This document shows, piece after piece, positions 48,650 through 59,360 of a DNA stretch of 64,000 nt. Each line of letters begins with the position of its first letter. Within the stretch, counting starts at the first letter, position 1. This DNA comes from Amphiscolops sp. MND2022 (Eukaryota): positions 21,950,001 to 22,014,000 of the forward strand of contig OZ076409.1 in assembly GCA_964187785.1 (NCBI GenBank), read 5' to 3'. The notes beneath the pieces are model-generated. The model was given only the letters and a program-made list of their open reading frames with translations, had not been told where the DNA came from and did no database searches. A program made the translations under genes and the position numbers.

Positions 48650-49460
48650 AGTCTGGTAATTTCCCGGGAGACTCGTTTCGGCGGTAGAATCTTAGGTTAT
48701 TCAACCTTATCTGTCGTAAACTTTCATGAATGGAATTTCCAGCGGCGGTTAATCCTTTGAAACTTAGGTAGGAACCCTCCATCTTCGTCTTCTCAAGTGG
48801 GTAGTCAGAGAGGTGTTAAGTTGACAACAACAAATAATTCCGCTTTCAAGTGGGTAATTAACATCGAGCTTGATAGTAATCAACGGCATGCGTCAGGTGA
48901 AGTCTACTAAAATGGCTTCAGCCAATCAAATTTGGGCTTCGATAAATTTGAAAAATGAATAGTAAAGATGGCGGAAAATAATAATTTTGAATAACTAAAA
49001 TGGCGAAAATAATAAATCGAAATAATTCAAAATGGCGGAAATAACAATTTGAGTAACTATAATAACGGAAATCCCAATTAGGATAACAAACGAAATGGAA
49101 CAAGATGATAAACCGAAATGGGGTAAACGGCCGTAATCGGCCAATAATTCCATAAGTTGTAAATAATGAAGTAATTTTTGTACATTTCGCTGGCAGACTC
49201 CATGTACAGAATAAATATGTAAATAATCCCGTAATATTAGTCTGGTAATTTCTTCAGCCACGAACTCCAACTTTCTCTCTTTTAATTGTTACATTATTTG
49301 ATTCATCTACTATTCACTCCTTACTCTTTCCATTATTCTCCTTTGTCTACAACCCCAGTTTCTGCATTTATTGGGCTCGCTCATAATTCCATTGCCAGCG
49401 TCACCTCTACGCAGGTCCCCGATTTCTTCTTCTTCTTTGGTCCGAATCCAGCTGTTCAAT
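48650..49460. promoter_or_regulatory. Putative bidirectional internal promoter
   Basis: Non-coding gap between divergent ORFs. Three ~31-33-bp repeats with AA(G/A)ATGGCG (48964-49058) and CCAAT boxes at ~48922 and ~49141. Confidence 0.45.
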
Positions 49461-49466
49461 CCGGTC

Positions 49467-52400
49467 ATGTCGGACCGACAAGGACTTTCCCCGGAAGAGC
49501 AAAAACTTCAGTGCCAAGAGATCGTTAACACAGGTTGGTTTGAGTAATCATATTTTGAACTAATTAACGTGATCAAGGTTAACTTTGTTCATAAACTGCT
49601 TCCTGTTTCCATCAAAAGACACGTGATAACATGTCTATTTAAAATTTCAAACACTTCCGGAAGATTTCTAAAGCGGTCAAAATGGACTTTTTCCAAGGAA
49701 GCACACCGCCAAATTTCATTTCTTTCTGTTTAGTTGGCCAGAATGAAGATGAACCACAAACTTCTTCCAACACTGTTCCGGATCCCTCCGTTGCACTAAT
49801 TCAAGTGGTTAGCCCACCTTCTAATACTGATCCAGTTCGGCCCCCTGTTCCTTCTCCTCCACCTTTTCCGCCACTAGTTTCTACAACTTCCCGGATTCGA
49901 ACTGGGGAAATGACTCCCCTTTATAGTCCCGACAGTAACACAGACGTTACTTCTTATGCTGATGAGATGGTCCAACGGCTAGAGGATGCACAGGCTAGGC
50001 GCATAGCTGAAGCAGACGACACAATCGAAACAGCTTTCAATACGGCCCCCAACTCGCAAGTTCCGGAGAGTAATTTGAATCCCCTCCTCCCAAGGTCAAG
50101 CACTCCAACACTTGATGCTGAAACAGTTGGGCTGTCCGCCAACCTGTCACAACTTGAGACTGCCTTTGGCGTTGTCATCGGTACACAGTCTGACTTGCCA
50201 GTTCTTGTTCCAGTTCCCTTACAAACAGAATTGCGGGAGCGAAGTGATGGGGATAACGCGTCCTCCACTTGTGACTTTCCTGGACTGCCAAAAGATAACC
50301 CGAAAGTCCACTTCTTGACGGATGACCCTACTGAGAGTTAGAAGGCTAGTGACGACACAAGTCATGTAGAAGGACCAGCCCTTTACAGCTCTGTCCCTTT
50401 TGGATCTGAATCCGGAACTGAAGCCGGGGATGAGTCAGGACCAGGACATGACACTGTGGGACTTGGTATGCCTTCCAGCTCTCGGGGACCTGATGACCAT
50501 CTTCCAGAATTAACCGGTCGAAGCTGAGCCATCTTGAAGACGTACTTTGCTGACACCAAGCCATTCAACCTACCGCTAGGACACCCCACTGTGGCTTTTA
50601 CTGAGGCTCAGATGTATCATTTGCTACGAGTCCTGAGTGATGAAACTCTTCGAATGTCCTACTCTACCATGGAGAAGATGGTCGTCGATGCCGTCAGAGG
50701 CAAACCTACTGTTTCACCTTCTAAGACGTCTCACTTCCTCATCAGGAACAGAGCACAAACTCCAGGCAGATGGGATCAGAACGACCAGAGTTCTTCAGAA
50801 GCTGAGTACGACTCGAGCGCGGATTCTAGGGCCTTAACTCCTACCAGTGCAGGAGATACAGGAGATTCTTCCTTCGAAGGGGAATCGGACAGTGCCACTG
50901 AAATGGCTCTGATTTCAGCTACCTTGGGGGGCGAATCCCAACTTGCTCAATCTTCGCAAGAAAAGGACAGATTCGTTGCCACATGTACCACAGGTGATGA
51001 TGAGACCACGGGCCCCAGTAGTCAGGAAACTACTCTCCTAGAGCTCCAACAGCAAGCCCGAGGGACAAAGGCGAAAGGTTCTTCTGGGCGCAAACTCCCC
51101 ACTAAACCAAGAAGACTTGCCAGTCGAGGGGTCCCAATGCGGGAAGAATTTTTCGCCAAGATTGGGTGGACCCGATCTTTTATCTCTGGACCCGCTGATC
51201 CGGTACACAATCCACATATGGTTTGGTGCCATATGTGCAAAAAGAATTTTTCAATTCGGTCCAAGGGCGCTTTCGAAATCTTACGCCACCATCGTACAGA
51301 GAGACACCTGCGACGAGACCAACGTTGGAGGTACGAACACCTCAAGAGTGTGGACCCAGCCAGTGGGAAAATACGGCATCGAGTCCGAGGTCGGAATGGG
51401 AAAGTGTTGACCGCAATCGAGCTAGCCAAGGAGTTGCCGAAGTTCATTCACACTGAACTTGTAGACGTAGGAGAAAGATTTCCCTTCTACGACGACTTCA
51501 TGCAAGGGCGACCTACTGCCTTAGTCACCTCTGAGTCGCGGGCAAAACTACAGCTGTCCATCATAGGAGACTTCCTACAGACCCAAGGCGGCTTCTTGCT
51601 GCTGAAGAGTCTGTGGTCGAGAATCAGTGCCCACACCGACTACCAGGCTAACTTGTGCGATTTCGATTGGTCAGAAGAGCGCATTACGGTAGGTTCTTTT
51701 CTGTAAGTTGACCAATCACTTTCGCGTTATCGACTAGATTACTAAATGTACTTGTCCATTTCAGGCCATCTTCCAACATTTCTTTAACTGCGCTATGAAC
51801 CACTTGGCAGAACAGATTACGGCTGAGCAGTGCTTTGCTATAGAGTTCGAGGACAGGGGCCCTAACTGGTACATGACAGTACGATACTGGGAAGGCCAAA
51901 ATCTCCACCGGGTCCTCATCTGCAGGAGCCAACTACCAGCTACTGACCTGACCGGGGAACTGGGATCATTGTCCCGCCTGTTGTCTGTTGTTTCCACCAA
52001 GGCTGACATAGTGGCGTGCTCCGGAAGCTCTGTCGATCTTCTTCGCACAATTGATTATTCTCCCCTCTTCTCCCGAGCTGTGCAGAGTTGTTTTCGGTTC
52101 GACCAGTTGAATCTACCCAAGATGATGCATAAGACCAGTTACAGTGTCTTTGGCCACATAGATTTTTTATCAGTCCTACGTGGTCTAGTTATCTCTCTTG
52201 GTGGAGCGCATTCTGAAGACTGGTACCAACGCAGCCCAGAGCTAGCTCAGGTAAATAACGTTCACCTTTCTAGTGTTGCATTCGTAATCAATCAGGTGTT
52301 AACTGAGGGGGGGGGAGGAGCGAATTTCCTTAGTTGTTCGAGTTTAAGTTGCGATTTCCTTTCCCAGGCCATATCCAGCTGCAAATTGGAGCTCTCCACT

Positions 52401-53936
52401 TTACCGACCCTTTGCCAGGAACTGATTGAGGAGTGGAAGCCGATAACAAGCTACTTGACGACGCACGTGCCACAGCAACAAGGTCAAGGAGTCCGTACTC
52501 GGGTAAGTAACCAGATCCTTACAGCCTTTAAATATATGCTGATTAGGAGTTGCTTGAGATATATAGAAGGATGAGTTCCCATTTCCGTTCAGTGTCTATT
52601 GTACTAATATAGGGTCTTATTACAGGTGCAAAGTTTTGAGTGGGGGCTAATTTGTGACGAATTCATTCTTGTCAAGCTGGAATTCTTTTGCCGGATCGTC
52701 AGTGACTGTTAGTGTGCCTTTATTATCTTTAGTCAGGTTTTCTGCTTTAAACTGTACCAATTCCTTTCCTTAGATAACACTAGCTTCATTGTCAACACTC
52801 ATCATAGACGAGATGCCTCATTCTTCCTCTGTGGGGAGGTTTCCAAATTCGTCTACCAGCTGTGCTTCAGATGTTTCACTAGCGATTCGGTTCCTTTGCC
52901 AAGTGCCTGGTTTCTCCTTCTGGGATTCCAAGTGGGTGACGGGACCCTCATGACTGCTGGGGAATTTCTTGTCCGGCTCAATATGACCAACAAGGTTGCC
53001 TCTGCTTGCAAACGAAAGGCCGAAGGGGTCCATTCTGGAAAACGGTCGGATCGGGCCTTAGTCCAAAAAACAGCCGAGACCATCAAGACTGAGTTCGTCC
53101 AGGATGCCATGGCTTATTTAAAGTACCTAATTAGTGAAGTACTGCGACAAGCTGGGCTCAGTTCCAATATCATCAAGGGGCTGGCCGCATTCGACCCTCA
53201 CATTATGGTCAAACGTCCCACGGAGGTGGCGCTCCGGCATTTCGACATCCTTTTTAGCACGTTTCAGCGCCGTTCTTGGATCAGTGCCTCAGTCGAAGCA
53301 GCCTGCAGAGATCAATATGTTGAACTGATTGACTACCTTCGCGCTAAGTACTCTGGTGGGCTCGAAGTTACAGAAGAGGCTAAGGACCTCTTAGATTTCC
53401 TGATGAACCTTGATTTCCTGCAAGCACGAGAGCATCTCCTCCACTTATTCAAGTTGTGCTGCCTTTGCATCACTACAGTGGGTCCTGAATTTCCAGTTGT
53501 AAAAGTGGGCAGAGTTGATACTTCCGGACAACGGGGTCGCTTCATTGACGTCGTTCTCCCCATCCAGAGCTATTTGATCGGGGTTCCTGGCTCTGTAGCG
53601 AGGTGTGCGAGCGAGTCTAACCTCACCAATTTCTCCCTTCTTTCTGCCTCTTTTGGGTCATCTGCTTTTTCGCCTACTTATGACCCTTGGGAGACGGTTG
53701 ATGTCTTTGGGCGGACGAAGATATACAAGTCGCTTCTATCCTCTTATCGTTCCGCAGTCTCAGAGCCTTCAGTTGGGTCTGCTCAAGTGGAAGCCAATGA
53801 TACGTCTTCGGTCCTGGATGATGCGGCATTGAAAGTGCCCAGTAGCAGTAAACGCAAACGGACTGAGAAGAGAGCTGCTCGTTCCCGTTCCTCATCCGTC
53901 TTCAGCGAGTCTTTGTCCAGTTCTTCTATTGTTTAA
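49467..53936 (+). CDS. Antisense spliced cargo gene, ~1295 aa, zinc finger plus hAT-transposase-like. Exons 49467-49533, 49734-51688, 51765-52250, 52368-52502, 52626-52707, 52774-53936; two nonsense codons in this copy
   Basis: Five GT-AG introns with matching phases (1,0,0,0,1); the exons sum to 3888 nt = 1296 codons. Zinc finger WCHMCKKNFSIRSKGAFEILRHHRTERH. In-frame TAG at 50339 and TGA at 50525. Confidence 0.8.
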
Positions 53937-54153
53937 GTGTACATATGTATTTATGTACAATTTGAAACTGTATTCTTTGTTGATTTTCTGATTCTGTATT
54001 TGTTTGTTATGATTTCATTTCTGTGCCCCTATATTATTCATTTGCTAAGGGGTCTGCTTTGTGTCCCATTATTTATTCAAAAAATTTGCTTCTATGGGAC
54101 AAAAGAAAACGTTAAAGAAAAGAAAATAGGTTCAGGGCTTATTTCAGTCTTTC

Positions 54154-57100
54154 TTAGTATCTGAAGTCTTCTGAGTAGTTCGGATTAGGGTTAGGCCTGA
54201 GATTATATTTCCCTCCTCTAGGGCTCAGACTTTCATTTCTAGCATCGTTTTCGGATATTTCGGGCACGATAATATCATCCCCCCTTCTGGAAGATTTTTG
54301 TGCATCGTTTTCATTCATTGGATTTCTTTCTGAAAAAATTTCATCCTTTTCCGGTCCATCTGCCGTATTCGGCAAAAAATTTTCTTGGTTTTTCGGGAAA
54401 ACGGCCGGATTCGGCCAATCAGATTTGTTATTTTCTGTCACTGCAGTAGCTTCATTTCTTTCAGTGACGTCATCATTTAATCGTTCATCTCGGCTGTGCG
54501 ACGCACGATCGGCAAGATTTGATTCGTCACTCGTGATTACATAATCCACTTCATTCTCGCTTGCGTCACTTGCATTCGCTTCTGCCGCACTCGGCTGTGC
54601 GTCATTCGTCAAGCTGGCTGGAATAGGCTCGCTGCCTCGTGTATCTAGCTGTCCGCCAAAGTTTGTTTCCCACGTTGTTACATACAAGTCGTCTTGCGGA
54701 ATGATTATTTCGTCATCCGGCTGTAGACGCTGTTCTCGGAAATTGTCCTCAAGTGGCTGATTTGGAACAAACTTTTTAAGACGAATTCGATGCAAGATCT
54801 GCGTTTTATTTGTATTAAGCCTGCGGACAATGTAATTCTCATTAGGTAAGGTCTTCTGGACTATAAATGGTCCAACCCAGCGATAATCCCTGAATGGAAT
54901 TTTTGATCCTTGATGATCCGCTTTCGGCTGTAATACAAAACAGTAATCGCCCTCTTTGAGTGGGGCGGCTTTTGCTTTTCGGTCGTAATACTCCTTATAT
55001 TTGATATATGACTGCATGATGTTCTGTTTTGTTTTGTCAATAAGGAGTTTGGTCCGGTTCTGGATTTCTTCTGCGAATTCAGTAGTCGGGTGGATTGGTT
55101 CATTTGGATTCATTCCAAGTTTGTGATCCAAGATGTTGTATGGGATTCTCCCATGGAACACTCTTGTGGGTTCGCATCCGATACTGGCATGATAACTAGT
55201 GTTATGATTGAGAACTGCTAAAGGCAAATATTTATGCCATTGTCGGCGATATTCCCCACATGCCATTTTCAGGTTCGTTTTCAATGAGGCATGAGTTCGC
55301 TCTAATTTTCCGATAATTTGCGGGTGTTTCGTCGTTGCACATTTTAGGGTAATGCCTAAAATCTGTGTAATTTCCGCAATGATCGTGGAAGTAAAGGCAG
55401 TTCCTTTGTCCGTAATTAGCGTCGTCGGTAGGTAAGAATGTTTGGTCATAATATCTATGATTGCTTTAGCTACATTGATCGTTGATGCGTCCGTAAGAGG
55501 ATAAGCAAACAAGTATCGGGAGAAGACATCAATTGCGGTTAAAATGTTTTCGTATCCTCCACTTGGGGGAAGATTCGGCAATAAGTCGATTTGCATGGCG
55601 TCTTCGGGTCCAAGGTCCCATTCCGGCAAGTTAAGTAGTTCAGGCGTGATTGTTGCGTTTGGGACTCGTTTGTCCTTTGCACATTGTTCACACCCTTCTA
55701 CCCACTTTTTGACATATTTTGCCATGTTAGGGTAATAATACCTTTGTCTGATTTCCTGCAACATTTTTGAAATCCCGGGATGTTTATGCGCTGTCCCGTG
55801 AAGGGAGTGGAGCAATTCCCGAAGTAGGTGTTGCGGGAGCAAAATTTGATGGTATTTAACATTCCCTGTTTCATCAAAATATTGCCTTGTCAGGATTTCG
55901 TCCTTTAGTACAATTCGTTCCAGATTATTTGCATAATGTCTAAATCGGGCATCCTGTTGCAGTATGTTTTCTGAATAGTCTTCATGAAGGAGCTTTGCCT
56001 TCAATTGTTGCAATACTGCATCTTTGGACTGCTCGATGATTATCTGGTTTGTTTTCTTTAATCGGACTTGAATGTCTGGTTGTTGTTTGACCAGATTGGT
56101 TGACAGAGTTTCTATGGTAACAGTGGGCTCGTCAATTGCTGGATTTTTCCTGATTGCTTCTTTTCTTGCCCAAAACTGTTCTTCTGTTTCGTTGTCGTCA
56201 TTCGTATAGAATATTTGTTCTTCCTGTGATACCCCCGCAGATTGAACATTTATCTCAATGGGTAAAGTTTGTACGTCCTCGCGGATTTTCATGACTAATT
56301 TATCCTTCGGATCTGCCTCCAATCGGGACAAATAGTCAGCTGCTGTGTTCTGTGCCCCCGGGATATGTGCTATGACAAAATTGAACTGAATTACATAATC
56401 ACATGCATTCCACAGGGCTGGGGGTATTATTTTTGTTTGAAAAAATCTCGTCACAGCTTTGTTGTCTGTGAGAATAATGACCGGTTTGGGTGCACCCCAG
56501 AATATATGTCCAAATTCTTTGAATGCAAAATAAATTGCAAGGAACTCTTTGGCATATATCGACATCTTTATCTGGGCTGGGGTGAAGGTTTTAGAGCCAT
56601 ATGCCACCGGTGCATAGGATTTTCGAAAGGAAGTAAATTTCTGGTTCGGATCATCTTCTATCAGTACTGCGTATCCTGCTGCACCAAAACTTGCATCTGT
56701 CATTAATGCAATTTGCTTATTCGGGATGGGTTGTTGTAGGGCCAAGTCGCAACATTTGTCTAGTGCTTTATTGATTTCTTCGAATTGTTGGACTAATTCT
56801 TTCGATACTAGGACTTTTTCGTCACTTTTTAGCATCTTGTAGAATGGAGCAAGGCGTTCAGAGAGTCTTGGGATATAATTCCTGTAGTAGTTTAGGAATC
56901 CCAAATATCGTTGTAAAGCCTTTTTCGACTTCGGGAATTTGGTCTTTTCCAGAAAGTTTTGCACGTTCTGTTTCTGGGGTTTGACGCCTTGCGGGGTAAT
57001 AGTCCTTCCGAGAAAATCAATTTCTTTGGCACCAAAGTGACATTTGTGCATTGTCAATTTAAGGCCTGCTTCCTGAATGCATTTGAATGTAGCTCTCAGG

Positions 57101-59360
57101 TTAGCTATGAGGTGGTCAGCGTCGTTTGCTGCAATGCCTATATCGTCCACGTACTGGGCACACTGATCCGCTTTGATGACTTTGTCGAGGTATTCTCTCA
57201 TAAAACTCGAGAATGCAGATAGTGACCGGCTAAGGCCTTGTGCCAAACGTCTGTAGGCGAATGTGCGACTGGCAAAATTGAAAGCCAACAATTCTATTGA
57301 ACGTTGGTCGGCCATTGGTAGGCAATGGTATGCCTGCGAACAGTCTAATTTACAGAATAGTTTTTTGCCTGCCAAGTGTTGGGCAGCATCAACCAAGGTG
57401 CTAACAAGGTGATTATTGTTTATATAATCAACCGAGATGAGGTTGTTGATTTTCCTCAAGTCAACCAAAAGTTGTAGCTTCCCGTTTGGTTTCTTTTGGG
57501 CGAATATTGGGCTTGCATACTTTGAGAACGGTAGAGTGGTGATGATGCCATATTTGTGTAACATGGCTAATTCGACTAGGATGTCCTCCTTCAAGTTGAT
57601 AGGAGCTGGAAGACTTTGATTATAGGCTGGGGAATCGTCTTTAGGTGTCAGTTTCACCTTGAAGTCCTCGTTCATGCCTATATCGAATCGGTGTCGTGCA
57701 AAGATGTCGTGGAATTCCACTAACAATTCTTCTATTTTCTCCTTCTCTTCAGGAGTAAGGGTGGAATCTTTCCAATCAAAGTTTTCTAAGAATTTCGCAC
57801 GTGATTCTTCGTCTTTGGTGGGGTCAAGTGTCTCTAGGTCCTGTAAGGCCTGTAATTCTTGAAGGATTCGTTTTTGTATGGGCGTATGTTCGTCGGGGTT
57901 TCCAGGATTTTCTGGAGTTGGGAACCAGTAGTTTTCGGTGTTTTGTGGATTTCTGTTCGTCTTGATCAGGCTACTGACGTAATGGGCTGCTTGCTCTTGG
58001 TCGTTTTGCAACAAATGCCAGGTCGATGCCGGGTCTACCGGTTTGACGTATTTCATTTGTTCTGGTGTCATGACTGAGAAACTAGCAATGTGGAGTCCCT
58101 TTTTAAGTTTATAAGGGTGATCTGTGAAGTTATTCACTGGTATCATTATATTGCCGTCGTTCAAGGTGACCAAGGCTGGGCAGAATGTGATGTCGCCTTC
58201 TTCATGCAGAAGGTCACTTGGCTGTAAGATCCCTGTGACCGTGTTTTCAGGGTATAATAGGGAATTAGTCCTAATTAGGACTCTGTCATTTGGCGGGATT
58301 GTGATTTCGGTAGGGTTCAAAATTGGTTCTAGTACATTTGAGTATTTATGGTCAGCTGTTTTGAGCTGCATCGAAAAAAACGGAAAGTTCAGTATTCCTT
58401 GCCTCATGTCCAGAACTGTATGATTTCGCTGGAGGAACATTAGTCCTATGATTGGTCCTGTCAGATGTTCTATTACTATGAAGATTTCATGGAACTCAAT
58501 GTCACCAACTTCGAATTTGAGCTCTATTGTACTTTTAGGAGTTTCCAGTTGCCCATTAGCGACCATGATTTGGAAGTTCGGAGGCGGACCCTCTCGGATA
58601 ACTGATTGTGGTGAAAGGAGTCTAATTTTCCGGAGGTCCATTTCGGGGATTGCACTGGATAAGGCGCCAGTGTCGATAAGTCCATCAATGGTCAATTCCC
58701 CAAAGTCCATAGGGAAATATAGCATGCGTTTCTTGCATTTCAAGTTTATGTTGGTAGACAGGGGTATACAGTCTGGTTCACCTTCTCTGGTAATAAGGAT
58801 GTTTTGGAACTGACTTTCGTCAAGTAGTGACTGTGGTATTGTTTCTTCTGGTTTGTCTGAGGTCTCGGTCCCTAAGGGGTTTGGGAACACCGGATGGCTT
58901 GTACCATCGTTCATCTGCCATGTTTCAATCAATGCTCTGGTTTTCTTGTTATGGGTGATTGGTGGATTGTCATGGACTGATCTGTTATAGAGTTCTATAT
59001 CATCAATAACGTATTGGAATTGTTACAAATCCTGGTTGTAAAGTTCGGCATCCCAATAGGGATCTCGTCCATAGTCAGGATCTATGTAGGTAGGGTTGTA
59101 GTTGTCTACCAAGGGAATGGGCCTGAATCGGCTATTGAAAGCGGATGTGTAATCAGGGTCCCAAGCAGGAATTGGTTTTTGGAACAAATGGGTATTATTA
59201 TAAGTAATAATGGTAGCTTTTTCCATCTGTTGCTGCCAGACAACAGAAGGATAGCCCATCAATTGTTGATTGTATTGGTGAAAAATTTGCGTTGGAGGGT
59301 CCGATCTGATGTATTGTCGGACAGATATTAGTTGGTTGTATTGGAGTCGTGGCGAAGTTA
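54154..59360 (-). CDS. pol: Gypsy Pol (protease, dUTPase-like spacer, RT, RNase H, integrase); one in-frame TAA at 59023-59025
   Basis: LIDTGA; YVDD; TDAS/EFLAI/TDNK/ADYLSR; HHCC plus D,D,E (IDLL, TDKG, LERTH); WVGPF module. The pol frame runs from the slippery site with that single stop. Confidence 0.95.

Noticed and set aside
49467..53936. Nested autonomous hAT transposon
   Set aside because: No TIRs or 8-bp TSD seen around it, and the catalytic motifs are degenerate.
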